Notes: a model not told the origin generated them from the sequence alone. Shown: positions 35,984-46,789, counted from the first letter of the stretch. The stretch: DNA of 64,000 bases from Oscillospiraceae bacterium (GCA_028720105.1 JAQYLI010000027.1:1184-65183); one strand, 5' to 3'. Made by a program: numbers and translations.

Positions 35984-35996
35984 TTTATATAAGCAA

Positions 35997-36026
35997 ACGG
36001 GGATTCCAAAATTTGGAAAACCCCGT
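35997..36026 (-). terminator. Terminator hairpin after thiC
   Basis: ACGGGGATTCCAAA / TTTGGAAAACCCCGT. Confidence 0.7.
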
Positions 36027-36032
36027 AAAAGC

Positions 36033-37346
36033 TTACTTTTCCGTACAGAATTTTACCTCTTTGCCCTCAAGTATCATATTGGTAGTCCTTACGGCGCACA
36101 TTTTGCCGCACATTGAGCAGGTATGGCGGTCGGCGGGGGGAGTGCTTTCAAAGTATGCCCTTGCCTTTTCAGGGTCGGCGGCAAGACTAAACATTTCCTC
36201 CCAGTCCACCTTGTGGCGTGCTTCTGCCATTTTGTTGTCAATGTCCCTTGCGTGGGGTATGCCCTTGGCGATATCGGCGGCGTGGGCGGCAATTTTGCTT
36301 GCCATAATGCCCTCCTTCACGTCATTTACATCGGGCAGACGGAGATGCTCCGCAGGGGTAACATAGCAGAGGAAATCCGCTCCGTTTGCGGCGGCAATGG
36401 CTCCGCCTATGGCGCTGGTGATGTGGTCGTAGCCGGGGAAGATATCCGTTACAAGGGGACCTAAAACATAGAAGGGTGCGTTGTGGCATATCCGCTTCTG
36501 GAGGGTCATATTTGCGGCTATCTCGTTCATTGCCATATGTCCCGGGCCTTCCACCATTACCTGAACGTCCTTTTCCCAGGCTCTCAGGGTGAGATCTCCA
36601 AGCTCGATAAGCTCGCTAATCTGTCCTGCATCGGTGGCGTCATCTATGCAGCCGGGACGGAGGGCGTCTCCGAGACTTATGGTCACGTCGTACTCTCGGA
36701 GGATTTCGAGAACGTCGTCATAATACTCAAAAAATGGGTTTTCATTTCCTGTCATAGCCATCCAGGCAAAGAGAAGTGAGCCGCCGCGGGAGACGATATT
36801 CATCTTCCTGCCCTCGCGTCTGAACGCTTCAACAGCCCGCTTGTTTATGCCTGCGTGGATAGTCATAAAGTCCACGCCTTCCTTTGCGTGAGCCTCAACC
36901 ACTTTGAGAAAGTCCTTGGCGGTGATATCAAGAAGGTCCTTGTCAAGATAGCCGATTGCGTCGTACATAGGCACGGTGCCTATCATTGCAGGGGACATCT
37001 CGATGAGCTTTGTGCGGAATTTGTTGGTCTTGCCGTAGTTTGAAAGGTCCATTATGGCTTCTGCGCCGAAGCTTATGGACATTTTCACCTTTTCAAGCTC
37101 TCTTTCGTAATCGGCACAGTCTCCCGAAATGCCGAGATTTACGTTTATCTTTGTGCGAAGCCCTGCGCCTATTCCCTCGGGGGACAGGGACTTATGGTTT
37201 ATATTGGCAGGGATAGCCACTGAGCCTTCCGCTACCTTTCTCATTATCTCCTCGGGTGTGGCGTATTCCTTTTTCGCAACGGTCTCCATTTCGGGGGTGA
37301 CGATACCCTTTTTTGCCGCTTCCATCTGGGTCTTATATGCTCTCAT
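36033..37346 (-). CDS. thiC: Phosphomethylpyrimidine synthase
   Basis: [40 protein letters not shown]. Confidence 0.97.
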   Translation of the reverse strand: MRAYKTQMEAAKKGIVTPEMETVAKKEYATPEEIMRKVAEGSVAIPANINHKSLSPEGIGAGLRTKINVNLGISGDCADYERELEKVKMSISFGAEAIMDLSNYGKTNKFRTKLIEMSPAMIGTVPMYDAIGYLDKDLLDITAKDFLKVVEAHAKEGVDFMTIHAGINKRAVEAFRREGRKMNIVSRGGSLLFAWMAMTGNENPFFEYYDDVLEILREYDVTISLGDALRPGCIDDATDAGQISELIELGDLTLRAWEKDVQVMVEGPGHMAMNEIAANMTLQKRICHNAPFYVLGPLVTDIFPGYDHITSAIGGAIAAANGADFLCYVTPAEHLRLPDVNDVKEGIMASKIAAHAADIAKGIPHARDIDNKMAEARHKVDWEEMFSLAADPEKARAYFESTPPADRHTCSMCGKMCAVRTTNMILEGKEVKFCTEK

Positions 37347-37377
37347 ATATGCTCGTTCCTTTCACCTATTTACTAAA

Positions 37378-37432
37378 TAAAAAAGCCTTGATAAATATTT
37401 CCTCTGTCTGCGAAGAATATACATACAAGGCT
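37378..37432 (-). terminator. Expression-platform terminator of the TPP riboswitch
   Basis: Minus strand AGCCTTG...CAAGGCT followed by a T-run, between aptamer and thiC start. Confidence 0.75.
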
Positions 37433-37445
37433 AAAGTTTCTTTGT

Positions 37446-37517
37446 ATGCTCCCTCCCACGGTATTGACCGACAGGTTCAAAGGGTTCTTCTCAACCGCTT
37501 TCGCAGTGCCCCTGCAT
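37446..37517 (-). ncRNA. TPP riboswitch aptamer
   Basis: ATGC-AGGGG...TTGAGA...ACCCTTTGAACCTG...GGTCAATACC..GGGAGGGA-GCAT upstream of thiC; promoter TTGACG-N17-TATAAT at 37525-37553. Confidence 0.92.
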
Positions 37518-37693
37518 TACTTTCATTATACCACATAACTAACAGCTCGTCAAGCCGAACTTTATTCTTTATTATTTTTTCTTTAATTATGGTTCTCCAA
37601 TTAAATTCAAAGTATTCTTTATGCGTCGGAGCATCATTTCAAGGCAAAGCAAAAACCGCCCCAGCCAAAGCTGAGACGGCAATGAATACGCTG

Positions 37694-38179
37694 TTAACCG
37701 CCTCTTCTTCTTGAGGTGTTTCTGCGCTTATTGTCCATATTCTTGCGGATATCTCCGATCCTTTCATCGGAGCTTGCCTTGAATTTATTTAACATATCCT
37801 CAAATGCAGACTCGGGTGTCTGAGGCTCCTTGGGAACTGCCTTGTCCTGCCGCGGTTTGCCTGCATTGCTGCCGGGCTTGCCTGCTCCTCCGTTCGGTCT
37901 GCCGCCGCCCTCTCTGGGACCTCTGAATTCCTTTTTGGGAGGTGCGGGAAGAGCCTTCTTTATGGAAAGGGATATCTTGCCTTCCTCGGAAACAGAAAGC
38001 ACCTTGACCTTGACCTGCTGACCCTCTGTAAGATGATCCTTGATCTCGTTTACAAATGTGTTGGCTACCTCGGAAATGTGCACCATTCCCGTTACCCCCG
38101 GTTCGATCTCAACGAACGCTCCGAATTTGGTTATGCCTGTGACTTTGCCCTCATAAATTTTTCCTACATCCGGCTGCAT
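37694..38179 (-). CDS. S1-domain RNA-binding protein (YabR/YugI-like)
   Basis: GKVTGITKFGAFVE..G.VHISEV; FEDML.KF...SDER. Confidence 0.9.
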   Translation of the reverse strand: MQPDVGKIYEGKVTGITKFGAFVEIEPGVTGMVHISEVANTFVNEIKDHLTEGQQVKVKVLSVSEEGKISLSIKKALPAPPKKEFRGPREGGGRPNGGAGKPGSNAGKPRQDKAVPKEPQTPESAFEDMLNKFKASSDERIGDIRKNMDNKRRNTSRRRGG

Positions 38180-38218
38180 AAATAGAATATTATCCTTCCT
38201 AAATTATTATGTATTGTA

Positions 38219-38593
38219 TCAGCTTCTGGTGGTGTCGTAGAAGCGGCGCTCGTCGGGATATGCATAGCCCAGCTTTTCGATAGCCAGACGCTCCATATAT
38301 GTGCGCTCGTCCTCTTCGTTCAGAATGCTTTCATACTCGGCATTTTCAGCCTCAAGCTGCTCGGCTCTGAGCTTTAACTCCTCAAGCTCCTCCTGCTTCT
38401 CGTTGTACTCCAGCATATCGCTGAATATCGAGACTCCGCAGGCTGCGATAAGCAGCAGCGAGACCGCTGTTCCCACAAATTTCAGCAGACCGTTGTTCTG
38501 ACGGTACTTCTTATTATATGCCTTTTTAAGCACGGCACGAGCCGCTTTGCGGTCCCTTGAACTCGAATCCTTCTGTGCATACATAAAAATCAC
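38219..38593 (-). CDS. divIC: Septum formation initiator (DivIC/FtsB)
   Basis: TM helix, coiled coil, YMERLAIEKLGYAYPDE; yabP-yabQ-divIC-yabR synteny. Confidence 0.85.
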   Translation of the reverse strand: MIFMYAQKDSSSRDRKAARAVLKKAYNKKYRQNNGLLKFVGTAVSLLLIAACGVSIFSDMLEYNEKQEELEELKLRAEQLEAENAEYESILNEEDERTYMERLAIEKLGYAYPDERRFYDTTRS

Positions 38594-38636
38594 CGTCCCG
38601 AAACTGCCTGATATACATCAGCTGCACAACCTGCTT

Positions 38637-39140
38637 TTACTTCATCTTAGCTGTTTTATTATACACCATCTGCCCCTTGCTTTTCAAGTCTTTTTGATAA
38701 TATTTACATTTATGGAACATTTTTTTGGCGTTTGTCACAAATTTGTAACCTTTTTTTGTGTCAATTTTTTGGAACATTTGAGAAAAGGGCTTTGCGGCTT
38801 TCCTGAGCGCACCGCCCACAATTCTGTATACAGTGCCGAATATCCGCCGTATTATCCCGATGACCACCGTTCCTGCGGTGAGGATATATATGACTGCTCC
38901 CAGAAACGCCCCCAGCCAATAATACCCCCTTACCTGCCCGTCTCCCGAAATAAGCGAGAAAATATATATCCCCATACCGCACAGGACAAGATACAGCCCG
39001 TCGCATATGGCTGTGGGCACGGTCTTGCCCATAAGGGGGAATATGGCTCTTATTGCTCTGAAAACGTCCCACAGCACCCCCAGACCGCCCCCCAGCAGCA
39101 CCGACAATAAAAACAGCTCCGTCTGGCGGCACACGGGCAT
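38637..39140 (-). CDS. yabQ: Spore cortex biosynthesis protein YabQ
   Basis: G..LG..WDVFR..R, D, G.VRGY..LG..LG; synteny. Confidence 0.85.
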   Translation of the reverse strand: MPVCRQTELFLLSVLLGGGLGVLWDVFRAIRAIFPLMGKTVPTAICDGLYLVLCGMGIYIFSLISGDGQVRGYYWLGAFLGAVIYILTAGTVVIGIIRRIFGTVYRIVGGALRKAAKPFSQMFQKIDTKKGYKFVTNAKKMFHKCKYYQKDLKSKGQMVYNKTAKMK

Positions 39141-39190
39141 AAAGGTCTCAGGCTCGATCTTTGCAAGCAGTTCCGTAGCTTTTCCCTCCT

Positions 39191-39475
39191 TTATTTGAGA
39201 AGTCTGCCCATAAAGCTTAGCGGCGACTTCACCTGGCTGTCTCCGTAAATTATGCCGTCAATGTCTCCCTCCACCGCCATATCGCCGCTTTCCACCGACA
39301 AAAGCGTTACCCTCAGCCCCCTGCCCTTTATGATAAGCTCACCCATACAGGTGTAGAGCAGCACTGAATTTTCCGTGAATTTATCCGTATCGGTAACGCC
39401 CGTTATCACCACCTTACTGCGGTTTTCCATATTTACCGTATGGTTCTGCGCCGGCTTCTTCTGCTTGTTTTCCAT
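39191..39475 (-). CDS. yabP: Sporulation protein YabP
   Basis: H...MENR....ITGV....F....V.L.T.MG.L.IKG..L; synteny. Confidence 0.9.
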   Translation of the reverse strand: MENKQKKPAQNHTVNMENRSKVVITGVTDTDKFTENSVLLYTCMGELIIKGRGLRVTLLSVESGDMAVEGDIDGIIYGDSQVKSPLSFMGRLLK

Positions 39476-39714
39476 ATGAACACCTCGATAGTTTTGCTTG
39501 TATATCTATATGCAACAGTTTATCGGTTTATTCTCAACATTATTAACAAATTATTCCTTAAAATAATATTTATGTCTATCGTTATTCATAATTTATTATA
39601 GAATTTTTGAGAGCTGTGTGGTATAATTAAATTTAACTGAGTAAACTTTTATAATTGTACCGATAATTACAGCTGTGCTGTTTTATGATAAACAATATAA
39701 TGGGAGATGATTTC

Positions 39715-41367
39715 GTGATCAGCGGAAAAATGCTTAAAGACGCTCTTATTTCGGCGGCTCTAACCCTGTCTGAGATGAAAAAGCAGGTCGATGAGCTGAA
39801 TGTTTATCCCGTTCCCGACGGAGACACGGGCACAAATATGTCCCTTACTCTTGCAAACGCTATGAACGCGCTTTCTTCCGTTCCCGACGAGGCTGATATT
39901 TCCGAGGTGGCTTCCGCTGCCGCTTCCGCAATGCTCAGAGGCGCAAGAGGAAACTCGGGCGTTATCACGTCTCTGCTTTTCCGCGGCTTCTCAAAGGGGC
40001 TTGCAGGCAGGAAGGAAGCTGGCTGCGATGATGTGGCAAGCGCTCTCGAGATAGGCGTTGAGGCGGCTTACAAGTCCGTTATGAAGCCTGCGGAGGGCAC
40101 TATCCTCACCGTTGCGAGAGTGGCTGCCGAAAAGGCCCGTGAAAGCTCCTTTATGACAAACGACCCCGTTTCCCTGTGGAACGATGTATGCATCGCCGCA
40201 GAGGACGCTCTTGCCAAGACCCCCGAACAGCTCCCAATTCTCAAGAAAGCGGGAGTTGTGGACGCAGGCGGAAAGGGTCTTGTTATAATCTTTAACGAAA
40301 TGCTGAAGGCGTTCAAGGGCGAGCCGAGAACTGTTTCCGCCGAGCCGAAAGTGGTTTCGGACGGAAAGTATTCCTTCTCCGTTGAGGACGATGAAAATCT
40401 TGAGATCACATTTGGATACTGCACCGAATTTATCGTGAATGTAACGGACGCTGCCAAAAAGCCTGCGGAGCTGAGAGCATATCTCGAGTCCATCGGTGAC
40501 TGCGTTGTGGTGGTGGACGACGAGGATATTATAAAGGTACACGTTCACACCGACCACCCGGGTCTTGCCTTTGAAAAGGGACTTGAATTTGGTTCCCTCT
40601 GCAATATGAAGGTGGACAATATGCGCCTCCAGCGTGAGAAAAAGGCGGCGGCAGCCAAGGTATCAAACGAAAAGCCTGTTCCTGCGGCTCCCGAAAAGCA
40701 GTTCGGCTTTGTGGCTGTGGCAAACGGCAGCGGCATTGAGGCTATGTTTACAGACCTGGGAGCAGATGCCATTGTCAGGGGCGGTCAGACTATGAATCCC
40801 TCCGCAGATGATATTCTGAGAGCGGTGTATTCCGTTCCTGCGGAGACCGTTTTTATCCTGCCAAACAACAAGAACATCATTATGGCGGCGGAGCAGGCTA
40901 TGAAGCTTTCCGAAAAGACCATCTGCGTTCTGAGAACGACCTCTGTTCCCCAGGGAATGTCCGCAATGATGAATTTCGACCCCGACTCGGATTTTGACAC
41001 AAACCGTATGAATATGACCCTTGCCGCAGAAAAGGTGCAGTCGGGTCTTGTGACATTTGCCGCAAGAGACAGCAGCTTCAGCGGTCACGAGATAAAGGCG
41101 GGGGATATCCTTGCTCTCGAAAACGGCAGGCTGTCCTTTATTGACAGAGACGTTACCCGTGCCGCTTACAAGCTTACAAGAAAGCTTATGAAAAATCTCA
41201 AGAAAAACGCAGGCTTTGTTACGGTGATGTACGGCTCGGACGTATCCTCCGACAAGGCTGCGGAGCTTGAAAACATTATGCGCTCAAAGCTCGGCTCTGT
41301 TGATGTTAACTTTGTTAAGGGCGGTCAGCCCGTTTATTACTACATCATTTCCGTTGAGCCGAACTGA
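39715..41367 (+). CDS. fakA: DAK2-domain fatty acid kinase catalytic subunit
   Basis: LNVYPVPDGDTGTNM, GARGNSGVI, EGTILTV, VVDAGG, GYCTEF, GGQTMNPS. Confidence 0.93.
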   Translation: MISGKMLKDALISAALTLSEMKKQVDELNVYPVPDGDTGTNMSLTLANAMNALSSVPDEADISEVASAAASAMLRGARGNSGVITSLLFRGFSKGLAGRKEAGCDDVASALEIGVEAAYKSVMKPAEGTILTVARVAAEKARESSFMTNDPVSLWNDVCIAAEDALAKTPEQLPILKKAGVVDAGGKGLVIIFNEMLKAFKGEPRTVSAEPKVVSDGKYSFSVEDDENLEITFGYCTEFIVNVTDAAKKPAELRAYLESIGDCVVVVDDEDIIKVHVHTDHPGLAFEKGLEFGSLCNMKVDNMRLQREKKAAAAKVSNEKPVPAAPEKQFGFVAVANGSGIEAMFTDLGADAIVRGGQTMNPSADDILRAVYSVPAETVFILPNNKNIIMAAEQAMKLSEKTICVLRTTSVPQGMSAMMNFDPDSDFDTNRMNMTLAAEKVQSGLVTFAARDSSFSGHEIKAGDILALENGRLSFIDRDVTRAAYKLTRKLMKNLKKNAGFVTVMYGSDVSSDKAAELENIMRSKLGSVDVNFVKGGQPVYYYIISVEPN

Positions 41368-41382
41368 TTTTAAAGGAATTTT

Positions 41383-42042
41383 ATGAAAAAAATTACTGTT
41401 ATAGCAGGCCATTACGGCAGCGGCAAGTCCACATTTGCCGCAAATTACGCAATAGATATGGCGGCAAAGGGCGAGGCGGTCACGGTTGTGGATATGGACA
41501 CCGTTAATCCCTATTACCGCACCGCCGATTTGGGGGATATATTTGAAAAAAACGGCGTTAAGCTTGCCGCTCCCAGATATGCGGGAACAAATCTCGATGT
41601 ACCCATTCTGGATTTTGATATTCCTGCGCTTTATGCCGAGGGGAGAAACCTTGTTATCGACCTTGGGGGCGATGATGCGGGGGCTTATCCTTTGGGCAAA
41701 TTCAGGCAGTTTATCGAACTTCACCGAGATGAATGCGATATCCTGTATGTGGTGAATTTCTGCCGTTTCCTTACTCACAATGCGGAGGAGGCGGAGGAGA
41801 TACTCCGTGAAATTGAACGTGCCTGCGGTCTTTCCGCCACGGGCATTGTGAACAATTCAAACTTAGGCTTTGAGACCGACAGCGAAATAATCGGAAGCGG
41901 CAGGCTCAAGGCGGAGAAAATTTCCGCTCTTACGGGTCTCCCTATCTTCTGCCACACTCTGCCCGATATCCCTTCCTGCGAGGGGCTCGACCGAGAGGGC
42001 TATTATCCGCTGACAGTATATATCAAAAATGTGTGGAACTAA
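41383..42042 (+). CDS. P-loop NTPase associated with vor operons
   Basis: GHYGSGKS, DMDTVNPYYRT, DLGGDD.GA. Confidence 0.8.
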   Translation: MKKITVIAGHYGSGKSTFAANYAIDMAAKGEAVTVVDMDTVNPYYRTADLGDIFEKNGVKLAAPRYAGTNLDVPILDFDIPALYAEGRNLVIDLGGDDAGAYPLGKFRQFIELHRDECDILYVVNFCRFLTHNAEEAEEILREIERACGLSATGIVNNSNLGFETDSEIIGSGRLKAEKISALTGLPIFCHTLPDIPSCEGLDREGYYPLTVYIKNVWN

Positions 42043-42082
42043 CGCTCCGCACGTATCCTACATAAGAAAGGTGGCTTGCAAT

Positions 42083-42289
42083 ATGGCTAAGATGACCGTT
42101 CTGAACGACAGATGCAAGGGTTGCGGCCTCTGCGTTTCCGCTTGTCCGAAGCAGATCATCAAGATCCGCAAGGATATCCGCACACCAAAGGGCTACTGTC
42201 CTGCCGAATGCTCCGATCAGAGCAAATGTACAGGCTGTGCCGTTTGCTACACGATGTGCCCCGACTGCGCTATTATCGTTGAAAGATAA
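42083..42289 (+). CDS. 2x[4Fe-4S] ferredoxin (delta subunit)
   Basis: CKGCGLCVSACP and CTGCAVCYTMCP. Confidence 0.92.
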   Translation: MAKMTVLNDRCKGCGLCVSACPKQIIKIRKDIRTPKGYCPAECSDQSKCTGCAVCYTMCPDCAIIVER

Positions 42290-42311
42290 ATTCTGAAAGG
42301 AATGAGAACCA

Positions 42312-43379
42312 ATGGCTAACGAAAGAATGCTTATGAAGGGCAATGAAGCCCTTGCCGAAGCGGCTGTACGGGCAGGCTGCAAGTGCTACTTCGGTTACCC
42401 CATCACTCCCCAGACGGAGATCGCCGCTTATATGTCAAAGCGTATGCCCAAGTGCGGCGGCGTGTTTTTACAGGCAGAGAGCGAGATCGCCGCTATAAAT
42501 ATGGTATACGGCGCTGCCGCAACAGGCGTGCGCGCTATGACCTCCTCCTCTTCCCCCGGAATTTCCCTTAAATCCGAAGGTATCTCCTATGCGGCAGGCT
42601 GCGACCTGCCCTGCGTTGTGGTAAACGTTCAGAGAGGCGGTCCCGGTCTTGGCGGTATCCAGCCTGCTCAATCGGATTACTACCTTGCCACTAAGGCAGG
42701 CGGTCACGGTGATTTCTACATACCCGTTTATGCGCCCTGCTCTGTTCAGGAAATGGCTGATTATGCTGTTAAGGCATTTGATATGGCGGATAAGTTCCGC
42801 ACACCCGTTATGATACTTTCCGACGGTCTTTTGGGTCAGATGATGGAGCCTGTTGTATTCCCCGAGATAACCGACAATGAGCCCGCAAAGGAATGGGCTT
42901 GCACAGGTCACGGAAACAAGAGACGCCACAACATCATCAATTCCCTTTACCTCAAGCCCGAAGAGCTTGAGGAGTCCAACAGAGAGCGTTTCAAGAAGTA
43001 CGAGATAGAAAAGGCTGAGCTTCCCGAGGTGGAGACATATCTCACCGAGGACGCTGAGATCATCGTTACAGGCTACGGCGCTTCCGCAAGAATTGTCCGC
43101 TCCGCTGTAAATGCCGCAAGAGCAGAGGGCATAAAGGCAGGTATGATAAGACCTATCACCCTGTGGCCCTTCCCCGAAAAGGCTTATGCGGACACAGTGG
43201 AGACCGCTAAGGCTTACCTTGTTGTAGAGCTTTCAATGGGTCAGATGGTGGACGATGTAAGGCTTGCCACAAGCTGCAAACGCCCCGTTCGCTTCTTCGG
43301 AAGAACAGGCGGAGTTATCCACACTCCTGCCGAGATACTCGCTCAGATAAAGCTTATAGCTAAGGAGGAACTGAAATAA
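42312..43379 (+). CDS. vorB: 2-oxoacid:ferredoxin oxidoreductase alpha subunit (VorB-like)
   Basis: KGNEALAEAA, GYPITPQTE, QAESE, TSSSSPG, QRGGPGLG. Confidence 0.9.
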   Translation: MANERMLMKGNEALAEAAVRAGCKCYFGYPITPQTEIAAYMSKRMPKCGGVFLQAESEIAAINMVYGAAATGVRAMTSSSSPGISLKSEGISYAAGCDLPCVVVNVQRGGPGLGGIQPAQSDYYLATKAGGHGDFYIPVYAPCSVQEMADYAVKAFDMADKFRTPVMILSDGLLGQMMEPVVFPEITDNEPAKEWACTGHGNKRRHNIINSLYLKPEELEESNRERFKKYEIEKAELPEVETYLTEDAEIIVTGYGASARIVRSAVNAARAEGIKAGMIRPITLWPFPEKAYADTVETAKAYLVVELSMGQMVDDVRLATSCKRPVRFFGRTGGVIHTPAEILAQIKLIAKEELK

Positions 43380-44125
43380 TGGCTATTTATCAGAAGCCTC
43401 ACGCTCTTGAGGATATCAGTATGCACTTCTGCCCCGGCTGTACTCACGGTATCGTTCACCGTCTTGTATGCGAGGTAATTGACGAAATGGGCATTGAGGG
43501 CGACACTATCGGAATTTGTCCCGTCGGCTGCTCGGTAGTTTCCTACGACTACTTTGCCTGTGATATGATAGAGGCGGCTCACGGCCGTGCTCCCGCTGTT
43601 GCAACGGGCGTTAAGCGTTCAAGACCCGACAAGTTCGTATTTACATATCAGGGCGACGGCGACCTTGCCGCTATCGGAACCTGCGAGACCGTTCACGCCG
43701 CTACAAGAGGCGAGAACATCACCATAATCTTTATCAACAACACCATTTACGGTATGACAGGCGGTCAGATGGCTCCCACCACTCTCCCCGGTCAGGTAAC
43801 TCAGACCACTCCCTTCGGACGTGATCCCAAGGTCGCAGGATATCCCGTAATGGTATGCGAAATGCTCTCACAGCTTACGGGTACTGCTTATGCGGAAAGA
43901 GTTTCCGTTGACTCCCCTGCACATATCAATGCGGCGAAAAAGGCTATTCGCAAGGGCTTTGAGGTCCAGAAAAACAAGCAGGGCTTCTCTATTATTGAGG
44001 TGCTGTCCACCTGCCCCACAAACTGGGGTATGACTCCCCAGGAGTCTATGGAGAGAGTAAGAACGGAAATGATTCCTTACTATCCTCTGGGCGTTTACAA
44101 GGACATCACCGCAGAAAACAAGTAA
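43379..44125 (+). CDS. 2-oxoacid:ferredoxin oxidoreductase beta (TPP-binding) subunit
   Basis: FCPGC.HG, HGRAPA, GDGD, NN.IYGMTGGQ, CPTNW. Confidence 0.92.
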   Translation: MAIYQKPHALEDISMHFCPGCTHGIVHRLVCEVIDEMGIEGDTIGICPVGCSVVSYDYFACDMIEAAHGRAPAVATGVKRSRPDKFVFTYQGDGDLAAIGTCETVHAATRGENITIIFINNTIYGMTGGQMAPTTLPGQVTQTTPFGRDPKVAGYPVMVCEMLSQLTGTAYAERVSVDSPAHINAAKKAIRKGFEVQKNKQGFSIIEVLSTCPTNWGMTPQESMERVRTEMIPYYPLGVYKDITAENK

Positions 44126-44140
44126 GGGAAAGGAGAATAC

Positions 44141-44680
44141 GTGATGACCAGTGAAATTCAGCTTGCGGGCTTTGGCGGACAGGGTATTCTTTTTGCGGGA
44201 AAGGTGCTTGCATACTGCGGTATGCTGGCTGACAGAGAGGTTTCCTGGCTTCCCTGCTATGGCCCCGAAATGAGAGGCGGCACCTGCAACTGCTCGGTAT
44301 GCCTTTCCGATGAGCCTATCGGCTCTCCCGTTGTTAATGACCCCGACCTGCTTATTGCTATGAATGAGCCTTCTTACACCAAGTTTATCGGTGCTGTGAA
44401 GGCGGGGGGATATGCTTTTATTGACAGCACTCTTGTGGACTCTGCCAATGCACGGAGCGATATCCACGAGTTCAGAGTTCCCGCAACAAGGCTTGCGGAC
44501 GAAAATGAGCTTAAAGGCGGCGCTAACATTATCCTCATAGGAAAGCTCATCAAGGAGACGGGCGTTATCTCTATGGACGATATCGAGGCGGCTATCAGAA
44601 AGATAGTTCCTGCGAAAAAGGCGCAGCTTATTGAGAATAATCTGAGAGCTATCAAGCTTGGGTATGATTATACGGAATAA
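44141..44680 (+). CDS. 2-oxoacid:ferredoxin oxidoreductase gamma subunit
   Basis: [15 protein letters not shown]. Confidence 0.92.
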   Translation: MMTSEIQLAGFGGQGILFAGKVLAYCGMLADREVSWLPCYGPEMRGGTCNCSVCLSDEPIGSPVVNDPDLLIAMNEPSYTKFIGAVKAGGYAFIDSTLVDSANARSDIHEFRVPATRLADENELKGGANIILIGKLIKETGVISMDDIEAAIRKIVPAKKAQLIENNLRAIKLGYDYTE

Positions 44681-44682
44681 AT

Positions 44683-44718
44683 AAAAAAGAGGAGAAGCGG
44701 TGGCTTCTCCTCTTTATT
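44683..44718 (+). terminator. Rho-independent terminator
   Basis: AAAGAGGAGAAGC / GCTTCTCCTCTTT. Confidence 0.85.
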
Positions 44719-44859
44719 TACAACGGCTCATAGTTCTGTTTTCAAGGCTTTGCGCCTTTAATTTTTGTCAAGGGCTTTCATTAACATTCCCGCTCCGTCG
44801 CCAAAAACGGCGGATTTTTTATATTTTGAAAAAATCCCAAAAAAATTTTCCAAAAAAGC

Positions 44860-44886
44860 TAAAGTTTTTGGAAAGCCTGCCGATAT
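44860..44886 (+). promoter_or_regulatory. Sigma-28 (SigD/FliA) promoter of flagellin
   Basis: TAAA-N15-GCCGATAT. Confidence 0.9.
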
Positions 44887-45039
44887 ATATAACAGAAGCG
44901 AGGGGAAAAGGAAATCCCCCGAGGGCAAGATGCCCGGGACGGTCGCTCAGAGCCTAAGTTCGGCGGACGGTCTGAATCGCGATAGGAACGAAAACCGACA
45001 GACAGGCAAAATCAATAATTTAATCAGGAGGATTTTATT

Positions 45040-46734
45040 ATGGTAGTACAGCATAACATTTCTGCAATGAACGCGAACAGATACTTCGGTATCAACAACT
45101 CCGGTCTTTCCAAGTCTCTCGAAAAGCTTTCTTCCGGCTATGCAATCAACCGTGCAGGCGATAACGCTGCAGGTCTCGCAGTTTCCGAGAAGATGAGAGC
45201 TCAGATCTCCGGTCTTACACAGGCTTCCAAGAACGCTGAGGACGGTATCTCAATGATCCAGACCTTTGAAGGCGCTCTCCAGGAAACAGATTCCATTCTC
45301 CAGAGAATGAGAACTCTGGCTGTTCAGTCCGCTAACGGCACATATCAGGACGATGTTGACCGTGAGGCTATCCAGCTCGAGTTTGATCAGCTCAACGACG
45401 AACTCAACCAGATTGCTGATACAGACTTCAACGGCGTTATCGTTCTTAACGGCGGTCAGATGGCTGACGGTACTAAGGCTGTTGGTAGTGTAATTGACTA
45501 CACATCTGGTGTTAAGGCACCCAAGGAACTTACTAAGGATGATGTTGTTATTGGTGATGCAGCATATGCAGGTTCCAATGATGAAACAGTAACCTTTACC
45601 GCTACTAAGGATAAGTCCGGTAATGTTACTTGGAAAGCAAGTTCCGGAGCACTCAAGACCCTTACAGACAAGAAAGAGGGCGGCTTTGAATATGATGGTG
45701 CTGTATTTGCATTCGATACTGATCAGGTAAATACAGGCGACACTATTACAGTTAACTTTACTAAGAATCAGGCAGCTGTAGCAGGTAAGGCTCCTGCAGC
45801 TCTTGGTTATTCCAACAGTAATGCTAAGGCAGCAACATCACTTGCAACAGCAGTAACAGCTGGCGGTGGTGCAACACCTGCTTCTGAGTCTGCAAGAGAT
45901 GATATCAATGCTCTTCAGGGCGCGAAAATTGCTTATGAAACTGATGCAGATGGCGTAGTAACTAAGGCAACCCTTACACTCGCAGATGGTACTACAGTTA
46001 ATTCTACTGATAATGCTGCAGCAACTGCTACTTCAAAGTACGGCATTAAGGTAGATGCTGGTGCAATAACTGTTAGCAGATGGGACGCTGATGCAACAAC
46101 TGCAGCTTCTGCAGACGTTCTTTCAATTGCAAAGGGCGGTGCCATCACTAAGACTGATGCTGCTAATCAGACAGGCGAGCTTACAATTGCTTTCTCTGAT
46201 GCCAAGTTTGCTAACAAGATTGCTGGCGATATCGAAGTTGAGGCAACAAGAGTTTCCAAGGCTGACTCTAATAATGCATCTACAGCTACAATGACATATG
46301 CTGATAACATTACTCTTCAGACCGGTGCAAGAACTAAGGACAGCGTAAACTTTACATTTAATTATCAGTCCAATGGTCTTGGTGAGCTTAAGGCAGACCT
46401 TAACTGCTCTGCAAGAGGTCTTGGCACAGACAAGCTCTCACTTGCTACTCAGAAGGACGCTAACGCTGCTATCGACAAGATCGACAACGCTATCAACAAG
46501 GTTTCTATGGTTCGTGCAAGCTTCGGTGCTATGCAGAACAGACTGGAACACAAGATTGCTAACATCGATACTAATACTGAGAACCTCACTGCTGCTGAGT
46601 CTCGTATCCGTGATACCGATATGGCTAAGGAAATGACCAACTTCACAAAGAACCAGATCCTCAGCCAGGCTTCTCAGGCAATGCTTGCTCAGGCAAACCA
46701 GCTGCCTCAGGGCGTTCTCCAGCTCCTCGGCTAA
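45040..46734 (+). CDS. fliC: Flagellin
   Basis: LEKLSSGYAINRAGDNAAGLAVSEKMRAQI, LQRMRTLAVQSANG, GAMQNRLE, AESRIRDTDMA, AQANQLPQGVLQLL. Confidence 0.98.
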   Translation: MVVQHNISAMNANRYFGINNSGLSKSLEKLSSGYAINRAGDNAAGLAVSEKMRAQISGLTQASKNAEDGISMIQTFEGALQETDSILQRMRTLAVQSANGTYQDDVDREAIQLEFDQLNDELNQIADTDFNGVIVLNGGQMADGTKAVGSVIDYTSGVKAPKELTKDDVVIGDAAYAGSNDETVTFTATKDKSGNVTWKASSGALKTLTDKKEGGFEYDGAVFAFDTDQVNTGDTITVNFTKNQAAVAGKAPAALGYSNSNAKAATSLATAVTAGGGATPASESARDDINALQGAKIAYETDADGVVTKATLTLADGTTVNSTDNAAATATSKYGIKVDAGAITVSRWDADATTAASADVLSIAKGGAITKTDAANQTGELTIAFSDAKFANKIAGDIEVEATRVSKADSNNASTATMTYADNITLQTGARTKDSVNFTFNYQSNGLGELKADLNCSARGLGTDKLSLATQKDANAAIDKIDNAINKVSMVRASFGAMQNRLEHKIANIDTNTENLTAAESRIRDTDMAKEMTNFTKNQILSQASQAMLAQANQLPQGVLQLLG

Positions 46735-46789
46735 TTTGGTTTTTCCAAAATCGGCTTAACGGCTTAGAGAATATCATAAGCGGCATATC

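Noticed and set aside
36013-36366. 117-aa ORF downstream of the orphan promoter
   Set aside because: TTG start inside a hairpin, antisense to thiC, no motifs
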